DNA of 64,000 bases, taken from Gracilinanus agilis. Lineage: Eukaryota. Shown in pieces: positions 1 through 11,321 of the stretch (its first letter is position 1; each line of letters opens with the position of its first letter). The notes below the pieces were generated by a model. It had not been told where the DNA came from. It saw only the letters and a list, made by a program, of their open reading frames with translations, and searched no databases. The translations under genes were made by a program, and so were the position numbers. Location: assembly GCF_016433145.1 (NCBI RefSeq), contig NC_058131.1, forward strand, positions 528,021,569-528,085,568, in the 5' to 3' direction.

Positions 1-97
1 GTAAAAACCCCTGGGAAGATGAGTAGTAACTAGGATCCCATTTTACTACCCTCCCCTCTAAGGACCATGACTGACTCACCCCAAAATCAAGTGAGGA

Positions 98-300
98 GGG
101 GCAGCTAGGTGGCTAGGGATCTGGGTCTGAAGAAGGGGAGTTTTAGGTTCAAATCTGGCCTCAGACACTTCCTAGCTGTGTGACCCTGGGCAAGTCACTT
201 AATCGCAATGGCCTGGCCCTTACTGCTTTTTGGCCTTGGAACAGATACTTAGTATCGATTCCAAGACAGAAAGTAAGGGTTTAAAAGAAAAAAAAAAATC
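98..300 (+). mobile_element. Marsupial tRNA-derived SINE
   Basis: ggggcagctaggtggct...ggttcaaatctggcctcagacacttcc...aagggtttaaaa. Similar copies at about 847-1050(+), 5550-5720(-), 26030-26217(-), 27498-27690(+), 38520-38714(-), 42689-42865(+), 43115-43312(-), 58568-58722(+). Confidence 0.85.
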
Positions 301-381
301 AAATAAGGAGCGGGTCATAAGAAACAAGACAGGGTCTAAAAGGGCTGTCCTTGTACGAGGTCCCACAGATAGGTGACTCAC

Positions 382-482
382 GTGTGGCTTCAATTCGTTC
401 TGGACCTTCCCTATTAAAGGATCTGGCAGCACGAAAATGAACAGCAGGCTCTCCACGGGCCATGACGCTGTCAAAGGCTTGC
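382..482 (-). CDS. TYRO3: TYRO3 exon 11 (juxtamembrane)
   Basis: QAFDSVMARGEPAVHFRAARSFNREGPERIEAT; donor C|GTGAGT. Confidence 0.96.
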
Positions 483-3400
483 CTAGTGGGATACGGGATG
501 TAGGGAAGGGGTCAAGGGAAAGAGACAACAACTGGGTTTCAGGTTCCCAAGTTCTTTTATCTATTCAGGGGCGTCTCTGGACACCGCTTTGGGCCCATAC
601 CTACCCAAACCGGGTTTCCTTCCTCCTTTTACGAAGCAGGATTAAGGCCAGGGCAGCAGCTGTCACAAGCGCTGTAAGAACACCCAAGACGACAGGCACC
701 CAAGATGTGCGACTGTGAGGGGGGCCCTGCTGACCTGAAGGAAAAAGGGGATGGGTTCCTAGTACCGAAGGCCCTTAGAACATTCCCAGAGAAGCTATCT
801 GACTTGTTCCAGCACAGCTTCAAAAATCAGAATAAGAAGCCCCAGAGGGGACAACTAGGTAGCTCAGTGGATTGAGAGCCAGGTCTAGAATTGGGAGGTC
901 CTGGTTTCACATCTGACCTTAGTTATTTCCTAGTTGTATGATCTTGAACAAGTCACTTAACCCCTATGACTTAGCCCTTACTGCTCTTTTGCCTTGAAAC
1001 CAATACATAGTATTGACTCTAAAATCAAAGATAAGGATTTTTAAAAAATAAAAAGAAGCCTCAGAATAAGGAGGAAAGACTCCAAAAAATAACCAGGTTT
1101 AAAACAAGGGCTCTTGACTATTTTTGTTGTCCTAGAACCCTTAGGAAATCTAAAGCCTATGGAAGAATCTTCACAATATTTTGAAGTGCACAAAATACAT
1201 AGAATTATAAAAGAAAATTATGTTGAAATACAGTAATTAAAGAAAAAGAATTTTTTATTCACTGATTTCACCTCAAGAACGCTGGGTTTAAAGGAACATA
1301 AGAAGAAACTTGGGTCTTTAGAAAAAGCCTTTCATTCCAAAGTGATCTTCCCATGGCTCAGTTATCCCTGGCCTTGACCTTATTTACTTGGATTTGCCAA
1401 GGATAAAAGAAAATGGGCACCAGGCTCCTATCAAACTCTCCCACCCAGAAGCCAGGTGGTCCAATGAGACAGATCCCTGCTCCCCTTTTTCTCACCAGCC
1501 CCATCACGATAGGAGACAAGCAGAGGCTGGCTCCAAGGGCCACAGCCAACTTCATTGGAGACACACACTCTGGCTGTCAGGTCCTTCAGGGGATCCCAGC
1601 CAGTCAGGTTGGCTCTGGTCCCCAGAACAGTCATCTCACCCTGCAGGGCAAAAAGACCCCACCCCAAAGGAGAACTTGAGGAAGAAACCCCAGAGTGCAG
1701 GCCAGCAGGATGATGGCAGAGCTAAAGGCTGAGGGTTAGGAAGCAGGGTAGGTCGATCTTACAACACACAGGGAGTCATCAACATTCCTAATTTCAAGGG
1801 CTGCAGTAGCCTCCCCTCGAACACAAACAGAGGTGGGGGGATGGAGGACGAAAGAGCCCAGGACAGAGGGAGGGAGGCCTAGCACTTTCTGTATCCTCCC
1901 CCAGTTCATGCAGGAATGTGCTGCCTGTTCAGCATTCAAAGTGGTGGCAGTGGTAGAATCCTAGGGAGGTACTAGCTTGAGAAATAACCCAATAATTTCT
2001 GAGAAGCTTTCCTTCTAGGTCCCAAATGGACCTGGAAACAGGGAGGCCATTTTTATGGCCAGTTCCTATGGGTATTAGGGAAGAGCCCAGGAGAAGAGGA
2101 AGAGAGTGGTTTAGGGGTTCCCTCAACTCTTACCTGGGTCCCATTTTCTTGAACCCAGGATATTCTGTAGGGTCCCAGGGGGCTCTCATTAGAGCTCTCA
2201 GGAATGACTTCTTCCCACTCCAAGATGAGACCATAGTCTGTTCTGATGGCATGGAGGTTCTGAGGGGCACTGGATGGGGCTGGACCCAAAAGAGAAACAA
2301 CCATGGAGTCTCTCAGACCTTACATTGCCACCATAGCTCTTCCTACCCCTTTCTAGACAAAGAACCCACTTAAGCATTCCACTGAGTTTCTGAAAAACGA
2401 TTATCGAGGACCTACTGTCTGAAACTGAGGATGGAGATTTTGAAAGTAGAGAGGGTGAGGGTCTTCTCTTCTGGCCTAATCTTTGCCCATATTCCCTGGT
2501 CTCTCAATTCTCACTATTCTAGGTTCTAGCTACACTCTTTGCTCTAGAGGAAGACAGGAAAATAAGAGCTACACACTCTTTGGAAAGAGTAACAGAAAAG
2601 ACAGCATAAGTCATTAAGATTATGTCATCCTTTCAATGCAATTTTATAGCTGATAGGGACTTTGGTCCAAACCCTCAAATTTATGGATGAGGCAAATGAA
2701 AAGCAGGTGTTATAACTTGCTCAAGATTACACTGTTATTCTACAACCTCCATCTCTGAACAGACCTCAAAGCCCCTGCCACTCCAAGTCCTCTTACCCAG
2801 ACCCTGGGTCTGGAAGGGCACCCAGTCTGCATATGGGGAAGGCCCTAAGGCATTGGTACATCGAACCCTTAAGCTGTAGTTGGTGGCAGGTTCTAAGCCC
2901 CGCAGCAGACAACTGAAGGGTGGCACAGGGACCACCACTGCCAGGACCTCCCAGCCTCCTGGGGCCTCTGTTACCTGCACAGAAATTGGAGAAAGAAGGG
3001 GTTGGAAGCCACAAAAATCAGGGAACTTAAAAGGAGAGGGACATGGGGCAGGAGGGGTAGGAGACAAGAAGGAAAAACAGGCAAGGTTTTAGCCTTGAGC
3101 CAATGCTTCTTTTAGTTAAATCTTAAGGAATCTTCTCTCCCCTCCCCACCACGAATGCATGAGTGATATTACACCTAACACATCAGGGCTCAGACTAGAA
3201 CTCAAAAGGAACCCACCTGAGTGTACAAAGGCATACTCTGATGAGAGAATGCACTCTGGCCACCCATCTGGGTCCTGCTACTGTACAGAACTCCAGCCTA
3301 GTGAAGACTGGTCACAAGATCATGACTCATCATCGACAAGGTGCTAGTTTGACAGACAGAACAGGGCAGTCCTGTAATCTCCACCTTCAGCTTTCCCCAG

Positions 3401-4427
3401 GCAAGGCCCTCCCAGAGCTGTACCTGGACTGTGCAGGAATGGAGTAGAGCCTGGCCATCAGAGCCAGGAATCCAGGCCACACTGGCATTGTTGCTAGATA
3501 GCCGGGTCACTGTTACATTAGAAGGTGCTGCTGGCAGAGCTGCAAGAGTGGGAGGGAGATCTGGGGTCAGTCCCCAGGGAGTCTAAGGAAGCAGCTGGGG
3601 CCAACAACGCAGTGAAGGGATGAGAGACAAAGAAGTCAATATATATACATATCTCAGATCACCATATGTCTCTCCTCAGGATTCTAGATGGATGTTCCTG
3701 AGATTGGAATACCTTAAGACTGAATAGGGCTGCTCAAAATTCTCAAATGCCTGTCACCAGTCATAATAACCCAAACTCTTTCTCAGAGAAAGAAGAGGTG
3801 GGAAGTCACAAAGTCAGGGTGTTTAAAAGGAGAGGGACAGGCAAGATTTTAGCCTTGAGCTAATGCTTCCTTTACTTAAATCTTAAGGAATCTTCCTTCC
3901 CCTCCCCATCACTGACACAATTTCAACCAATGTGTGAGTTATTTAACACCTAAAACACATCAGGGCTCAGAAGGAACCCACATGAGTGCAGCACACTCAT
4001 TCACTCTCTCTTCTTCCCTTTCTCTCTCTTTCCCTCCCTCCCTCTTTCTCTCCTTCCCTTTTCTCTCTCCCCCCCTTTCTCTTCTTTCCTTTCTCTTTCC
4101 CTCTCTCCCTCTTTCTCTCCTTCCCTTTTCTCTCTCTTCTTCCCTTTCTCTCTCTTTCTCTCCTTCCCTTTTCTCTCTCCTCCCTCCTCTCTCTGTCATA
4201 GCAGGAAACACAGAATAGCTGCCATGCCTGGAACAGAGCCTGGAATAGAGCATGAGGCCATCTCTCTGATGTAGTCTCTGCTACCAGAAGCCTGCTCGAC
4301 CAAGGCCAGGGATGTGGGGGCAGGGAGGGGACAACCTCAGACTTGACAAATGTAGATGACACATGTTTCTCCAGCAGTGTGGCTTTGCCATGTATAGGTA
4401 TCTATCTGCCTCCCTCCTTCCCTCCCT

Positions 4428-4458
<31 letters not shown>

Positions 4459-4923
4459 ACACACACAGCCCATTTCCCACATTCCTCCTTTTAGAAAAAA
4501 AGTCAAATCCAACAACACCTCATTGATCCCAAACCTTACCAGAGCTCCACTACCACCATTCTTCCCTCTGAAAGGGATGAAAGAGGCAGAGGCCAGGCCA
4601 AGCCTGAGCCCTGGCTAGCTCCAGCTGTTCCTCCTTCCCAGGGAATCAGCTTCGTGATGGGGAATCTGCTCTGTGACGTCAGGTTTCTATTCTCATCTCA
4701 GCGATGGCTGAGCCTCAGGTGCTCCCACTACAGGGGCTGGGGACACATGCCAAGTAGTAGCCCCTCCTCCCAGAGACCTCAGCCAAGAAGGCTCCCAGGA
4801 GTGAGAAAAGCTGGAGGCCAAGAGGTAAAGCTTCCTCTCTGGTATGCAATTATAATCTCTGCCTCCATCCCCCACCTCACCCCTCCTTTTCTGCAGATAG
4901 ATTGTCTGGGAGCTCCCACAGCC

Positions 4924-4970
<47 letters not shown>

Positions 4971-7900
4971 GACACACAGAGACAGCCACACACAGACATG
5001 CACACGTTTCTTACCTTGAAGATAGACTGTGGCTGGACGGGAGGAGGCCAAACCTTTCAGGTTATGAGCTTCACAGGAGAACACGGTGCTCTGGGTCACC
5101 CCTGGGGGTCACACAGAAAACCCTGGTCAGCCCTAAGGTGGCCAATGAGCCTGGGAAATAGATGATGTGTGGGTTCACAGAACTGATGTGGAGATGAGGG
5201 CGGGAGGGAAAACTCAGATCTTAGGGTCAAATGACAGGGAAACCTATGGGAAAGAGAAGCTAAATTCCCCTTTCACTGGATATCCTATTAATCTGTCCTC
5301 ACAAATTCTAGCCTTTGTAATTGTTCTCCCAAATCTCTTTATTATGTCTCCCCAAATAAACTGTAAGCTCCTTTGGGGAGAGGACTATGGTTTAAATATC
5401 TTTTGTATCCCCATAAAGGAGCCTAGCATGCTTTGCAGGTATTAGGAACATGACCTCAATAAATGCTTTTTACCTGAAGGACTGTCTTCCAGCTTCTCAC
5501 CAAAGAAAATCTGAAGAGAGCCTGAATTTCCTCATTCCCTCTCTTTCTTCTTAATAAACCCTTACCTTCTGTCTTAGACAGAAAGGCAAGGGCTAAGCAA
5601 TGGGGGTTAAGTGACTTGCCCAGGGTCACACAGCTAGGAAGTGTCTGAGGCCAAAATTGAACCCTGGTCCCTCCCAACTCTAAGTCTGGCTCTTTATCCA
5701 CTGAGCCACCTAGCTGCCTGGATCTCCTTTCTTAATGACCATCTAGCCCAACTCTTGGTACCCTCCCTTCTATCTCCATCACCAATCTCATCTTGGAAAG
5801 CCAGGCACTTTCCACCCCTCAGCCCAGCATTAGCCAAGGCTGACAATTGTCTCCCTTCCTTAACTCCCAACCACTAGGACCAGTAGCCCTTCCACTTCTG
5901 GTTTTCTTTTCCAAGACCCTTTTCCTCAAGAACAGTTTGAAGAGCTGGCCCAGAAAAAACTCAGGCTTCCTCCCTTTCCACTCCCTGCCAAGCTTTCTCA
6001 AATCTTGGTTTCCAATCTCTTTGCCCCACCCCTACTCAAAACTCAAAGAGAAAATGTAAATCTTGGTTCATGACAAAGGTGTTTCACGGACTAATGGGAG
6101 CAGTGATATGTATGCAGATGCATCTGGGTAACTGTAATAATAGCTCACATTTAAAGAGCATTTTAAGGTTTGTGATGCAAAAAATGTCTCCTAGAAGCCC
6201 CACCAGAGACCCATAAGGTAGCTGCTATTATTATCCCCATTTTAAGGATGAGGAAACTGAGGAGACAGGCTTAAACAACTTGCCTGGGGTTCTACAGCCC
6301 TTAAGCATCAGAGGCAGTTCCAGGCTCCAGGTCCAATGCTCTATCCATAATAATATCTCTATATGGATATGGCGGGGGATAGGGCTGTTTAAGGGGAATG
6401 GGATTGATCAGATGAAGGAACTGATGGGGGGGGGGGGAAGCTACCGTATGGCTTCTCCCCTTCTGCCAGACTTTCCTCCTACTCGAGCATGGGCTGATTC
6501 CTGATTCCTTCTTTGGGGGTGGGGCTGTAACAAGTCCCCCTATTCATCTTCACAGGCGTGATTCCCGTTGTCACAAAGGGATAAAGTAGCATCCTATGAG
6601 TTACCACTATTTAATAAGTATGTTCTGCCTAGAAAAATACACCTAAGGAACCTTTCTACCAGCATGGCGCATGCAGCAAGGAACAGGGTCAGGAAGCCTG
6701 GGATCTCTGACCCAGTGAAACTCAAGAGATGTGATTTAAGAAGAGGACTACTTGGATTTAAATCTGATAGTTCCTAGCTGTGTGACCTTGGGCAAGTCAC
6801 TTAACCCCAAATGCCAAGCCCTTCTGGCCTTGGAACCCATAGCTAATACTGATCCTAAGACAGAAAGGGAAGGAGGGCTCCTCTGACAACTACCCATCTG
6901 TCAGCCTCCCAGGTCACAGTCAGGGGCTGGCTTACTCCCCAAAGCTTTGCCCTCTCTCCTCCCTTCCTGAGAGTGATCTCACCTGTAACATTCAAAATGG
7001 AGGGAGAGAGGGCTGGTTCTCCCACCTGTGTGCCCCCCCTCCACCAGAAGATGGTTACAGGTTCTGGGGGCCCCACGGCTTCACAAGACAGTTGGAAAGG
7101 GGCATTAGGGGGCACTGTGAGGTCCTCTGGCTCCACGGTAAAATACGGCACACCTAGGAAGAAAAGGTAGTGGGCAGAGGCTGAATTCTGCCACCTCCTT
7201 CCATGCCAATACTCCCACTTCATAGGTAGAAAGGGGCCCCCAAAACAAAAGGCTCCCCAAGAGCTTCTTGGTTAAATGTAAAATAAACAGATCTCCAAAG
7301 GAGAGCACACCTGGAAGGGTCCCCTGGAAGCCTCCCCTCCCCATGGGCTGCGGGTCCCATGCCAGAGGCGAGCCCCCTTGTTCATCCTCCCTCAGCTCCC
7401 CACTCCATGCACAGACGGCATCACTGACAAACCCCACGCCCTCTTTGCAGCTTTGCAATATCAAAGTTTCTAGAAGAACAAGAAGAAAGAAGGAGGGCTT
7501 GCAGGGGCGGGGAGATGGGGGAGCCTCAGCGAGTTGTGCTGGCAGGCCTCAGCCCTAGCCCCAGCTACAGTTTCAAGCCCTTTGTTACTTCTTAGTCACT
7601 TTGTTTTCAGCTGAGCAGAACTAAGCTCCTGCAGCTGCAAGATCTTCCTTCGCCCCCTCCCCCTGCTCCTCTCCTCTTTCCCTGGTCCCAGGCAAGCTTG
7701 TCTGGACAGAGTCCGGCCAGGGCCAGGGTGCATTAGGCCTGCTGCCCAAAGAACAGAGAGAGCCCTCATCAGGGTATATTGCAGGGCCCCCTGATGCTCC
7801 CTAACGCTTTGTTTGAGTCGTGGACTCCAAGCTTTGGGGGTCTCCCTGTACTTGAAGCTGACCCAGAAATTCAGAGACCTTACTTTCTTCTGAGGCTACA

Positions 7901-10900
7901 TGCTGCCAAGGATAGGTGGGAGATCAGGGTGGCAGAGCTTACTCCTGAGCTAAGCAGGAGGAGAATGCAGACTTCCCATTTGCTCTCAAGGGTGGTGGCA
8001 CCAGGAGCCATGGGTCATGTCCTTGCCAGAGTGACCAGGCAGGCTATTCCATCAAACCCCCTCCTCACCTTCTACTGTAAGCCACACTGGCTGGGATGTC
8101 TCTGTTTCTCCCCCTTCTTCTACTTGGCACCAGTAGCGCCCAGCATCCGATCGATCTACTGACTTCAGGCTGCAGTGAGGACAAGGAATTCAGTTCAATA
8201 CCATGGGAAAGGGTGAGGAGCAGCTCTGTTAGCCAGATCCTAGGGGACTCAAGACTGCTTGAATTCCTTCTCATTAAGCTCCAAAAGAAGACTAAATCAA
8301 ACCCTAGCATTTCATGGAATGAAGTGGTCCCCAGGATCACAAGACAAAGAAACGATCATGAAATTTAAAAGTCTGTGTTTCAGGAGACCAAGTTTCTCGA
8401 ATCATTGTTCCCCATCCTTGAAAGCCCAACTCAGAAATATATATATATGACATCATTTTTAGGGAGCATTCCTTGATGTCCTCGGTCCCCTTCCTGTCCT
8501 GTACCTGAGGAAGCCAATCCAATGCTGTTCACTGATAGGAATGTAGACTTGGTCCACACTCTGCACCACGGCCCCATCCTTGACCCACTGGATCTCAGGC
8601 TCCTCTAATCCCTCCACACTGCAGTTCAACTTCACTGGTTGCCCTTGGGATACTGTCAGCTTCAGAGGGGCCCCAATGAGCTTCAGGCCTGAGAGAAGGG
8701 AGAATAGAACTCAGATGGGTTAGGGTAAAAGAGCCCACTCCCATCCCATTTCTGGGACTATTTCAGTCTAGATTCTAGAACCCAAGTTCCATCACTTGGG
8801 ATATATATCCTCATGGATATTGGCAAGAATGGACAATTGGCATAAAGATGTGGCATGGATCCAGTCATTAGAGGAAAGGCGAATTCTCTGGGTGCAGTTT
8901 CTCCCAATGCCAGCTCCCTGGAAATGCCCTCTCTACCATTCTTGTCTGCTAAGCAATGCTGATTCTCATCTTTCTACCCCTAGCTATGTTTTTCTAAGAG
9001 GAAAGATAAGCCAGATTCATGTTAGGGCGATGCCTAAATATCTCTACTTCCCTCCCAAGCCCTAAACAAGTTGGCAAGGTAGTATCCTAGCAAGCAGCAT
9101 ATCCCCATTTTGGTTCCAGATTGTTCTAGCAGAACTGGAAAGTAGAATTCTTATCCAGATTGTGAAGTTGCCCTGAGAATGACTGCTGCTCCTTAACTTT
9201 GCTATTCTATTTGAGGGTCTTACTTCCCATTCTACTAGAGTTAGCTCTCCACCTCACCTTGGCAAATAAAATAACATAAAAGAGAGGAGGGGAGTGTTCC
9301 CTGGAAACAGACAACCATATGTTTGCAGAAGCTCGTCAGATCACATACATGGCATGCATCCATTCTATTAATACCTGAATGTACAAAGGATGTGAGTATG
9401 AAAGGCCTTTAAGGTAGGCAAGAGTTAGTTTTGTGGGAAATGGGAAAGGGTCCCTACTAGGATTATGGATCAGTCCCAAACCTCTAAACCCTTTCTCTTC
9501 AGCTGAAACATAAAAATAGCTGATACATATAAAGTCTGGGTTGCATAGCTCTTTACAAACATTTCATTTGAGCCTGACAATAATAATTCTTTTAAGGTAG
9601 GTACTATAATTCCCATTTTGTAGATGGGGAAACTGAGTTCAGAGTTAAGTGACCTACCTATGATATCTTCACAGCTGGTTCAGTAAGAACTAGAGTATTT
9701 TCTAACTACATGTCCAGAGGTCTTTTCAATACACCACATTGTATTTCCACAGCACAGTTCCCACTGCCCCAAGACTTTGCATGGCTAAAATTCCACCCCT
9801 GGACGTCTGTCCAAATCCTCTCTTCCAACCCCACATTTTTTTTTGTGGGGAGAAGGTGTGTATAAGAATATTGAAGTTCTAGTGCAAGTTTTTACTCTTC
9901 TCTTTTTGCTTTGTGACCCTGACACTCTCTGGGTATAAGGTTCTCTGCCCAAAGCTTGAAATACACTTCTGCAGTTTTTCTTCACCAGAAATGTAGAAGA
10001 TGGAATACACAGGATAATTACTCACTGCTCAGGCAGTCCCTGATGTCCATGGACCCTAAGCTCTCATCACCCCCAATAACCGGGTTGGGGGAAGTGTATG
10101 GTCTGAGAGTCCCATTCAGTTTGAGAACCAGTCTCTCTCCCAGACTTGCTCTGTGACTCGAGCAAATCTAAGGATGAGGTCCCTTAAATGGTGTTGGTGC
10201 TGGTGCTGGTGCTGGCGCTGGCAGAGGTTCTGAGATTAGCTTCAGACTTGATAAACCACTCAGGCTAAAGCCTTTAAAATTCTCCCAGGTGTCTTCGCCC
10301 ACACTCCGGTGTGAACCTTGGTTTTTATCATGGGTGTGCCCAAATGTTTCCGTGTGATCAAATGTGTGCTGTGTTTGTGCATGGGGCTGGGCATAAGGTT
10401 TCCTACCAAAATGTAAATCCTCCATACCTGAGATGTCCTGAGTGGGGGTGGGGGTACCCCTTTGGGGACTAGGTAGCTGTGGTTATGAAGGAGACTCGTG
10501 TGTACAGTATGTGTGGGAGGATGGGGGGTCCCTAAGACTCCCGGAGAAAGAAGGAAACTGTTCCCCTCCGAGAAGGAAGCGGGAAAATCAAGAGCTCAGT
10601 CCCCCGCCCGTGGACCCCCGCCCGATTCCCTCTCCTGCCACTCCGTCCATCCCAGCGGAGAAAGTTGGGGGTGGGGACACGGGCGGCCAGATGCCCGCGG
10701 CTCCTGCCCTCCCCCTCCCCAGCGCTCACTAGCTAGCTCGCTCGTTCGGCCTTCCGCTGCTACCAGGGCCCCCGAGACCCCCGCCTCGGCCCCTCGGGCA
10801 GCCCCGCAGGCCGCGGCGGTCCAGTCCCGGGCTTAGAGAGCCGGACCCCCGCCCGCCCGCCCTCGCTCAGACTTCAGCCTTTCCTGAGGCTTTGCTGCCC

Positions 10901-11051
10901 CAGCCACCCCTTCCCCCAGAGCCCGGCTCCTACCTGCGGCTGAGAGCTCCGGGAGCAGCAGCGCGGCCAGTCCCGCCAGCAACAGCTGCGAGAACCGGAG
11001 CGGGAGCCGGAGCCGGAGCCACGGCCACTCCATGCTCCGCCTCAGCGCCAT
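382..11051 (-). CDS. TYRO3: TYRO3 receptor tyrosine kinase (TAM family), coding exons 1-11: signal peptide, 2 Ig, 2 FN3, TM, juxtamembrane; kinase exons lie left of the window
   Basis: Spliced translation MALRRSMEWPW...GLKLIGAPLKLTVSQGQPVKLNC...WVPVVLGVLTALVTAAALALILLRKRRKETRFG...IEAT matches TYRO3. The 11 exons (118,184,101,171,87,116,178,146,145,130,101 nt) all have GT-AG ends and consistent phases. Confidence 0.98.
605..734 (-). CDS. TYRO3: TYRO3 exon 10 (transmembrane)
   Basis: QQGPPHSRTSWVPVVLGVLTALVTAAALALILLRKRRKETRF. Confidence 0.97.
1107..1285 (+). mobile_element. Old hAT-type MITE fragment (related copies at about 32634-32762 + and 62106-62305 -)
   Basis: Shared motifs aagcctatgga...aaaatacat...gaaata among the three copies. 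Confidence 0.55.
1496..1640 (-). CDS. TYRO3: TYRO3 exon 9 (FN3-2)
   Basis: GEMTVLGTRANLTGWDPLKDLTARVCVSNEVGCGPWSQPLLVSYRDGA. Confidence 0.97.
2134..2279 (-). CDS. TYRO3: TYRO3 exon 8 (FN3-2)
   Basis: PSSAPQNLHAIRTDYGLILEWEEVIPE...SWVQENGTQ. Confidence 0.97.
2797..2974 (-). CDS. TYRO3: TYRO3 exon 7 (FN3-1)
   Basis: VTEAPGGWEVLAVVVPVPPFSCLLRGLEPATNYSLRVRCTNALGPSPYADWVPFQTQGL. Confidence 0.97.
3424..3539 (-). CDS. TYRO3: TYRO3 exon 6 (FN3-1)
   Basis: LPAAPSNVTVTRLSSNNASVAWIPGSDGQALLHSCTVQ. Confidence 0.97.
4003..4196. repeat. CT-rich polypyrimidine low-complexity tract
   Basis: About 190 bp of C/T only, with a recurring TCCTTCCCTTTTCTCTC unit. Confidence 0.95.
4428..4467. repeat. (CA)n microsatellite
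   Basis: About 20 units with one interruption. Confidence 0.95.
4926..4968. repeat. (CA)n microsatellite
   Basis: About 21 perfect units. Confidence 0.95.
5015..5101 (-). CDS. TYRO3: TYRO3 exon 5 (Ig2)
   Basis: VTQSTVFSCEAHNLKGLASSRPATVYLQ. Confidence 0.97.
6983..7153 (-). CDS. TYRO3: TYRO3 exon 4 (Ig2)
   Basis: VPYFTVEPEDLTVPPNAPFQLSCEAVGPPEPVTIFWWRG...LNVT. Confidence 0.97.
8069..8169 (-). CDS. TYRO3: TYRO3 exon 3 (Ig1)
   Basis: LKSVDRSDAGRYWCQVEEGGETETSQPVWLTVE. Confidence 0.97.
8505..8688 (-). CDS. TYRO3: TYRO3 exon 2 (Ig1)
   Basis: LKLIGAPLKLTVSQGQPVKLNCSVEGLEEPEIQWVKDG...WIGFL; ctctcag acceptor, GTACAG donor. Confidence 0.97.
10934..11051 (-). CDS. TYRO3: TYRO3 coding exon 1 (signal peptide)
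   Basis: ATG at 11051; MALRRSMEWPWLRLRLPLRFSQLLLAGLAALLLPELSAA; donor G|GTAGGA. Confidence 0.95.
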
Positions 11052-11231
11052 CCGCGGCGCCGCCGCACCATGCCCGCCCGGCCCGGCCCGGCCCGCGACG
11101 GAGGGGGCGGGGGCGAGGGGCGGGGGGACCGAGGGGGCGGGAGCCTTCGAGCCCGCCGCTGCCCCGGGCTCCTGGGGACCCGTGCGCACTCCGAGCTGTT
11201 CCCACCGCCAAGTCCCCACGCGCGAGCTCGT

Positions 11232-11321
11232 GGCTGCCGCTGGTATAGCTGCTGCTGTCGCTGCTGTCGCCGCCGCCGCCGCTGCTGCTGCTGCCACCGC
11301 TGCTGCCTCCGTCGCCGCTGA
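11232..11321. repeat. Compound GCT/GCC triplet repeat upstream of the TYRO3 ATG
   Basis: gctgctgctgtcgctgctgtcgccgccgccgccgctgctgctgctgccaccgctgctgcc. Confidence 0.9.

Noticed and set aside
3934-5099. Low-complexity ORFs (SL-, ER-, HT-, CV-rich)
   Set aside because: Translations of CT and CA microsatellites.
7570-7815. Three CTTTGTT SOX-like motifs in TYRO3 intron 3
   Set aside because: A common 7-mer with no dimeric spacing; cannot be distinguished from chance without conservation data.
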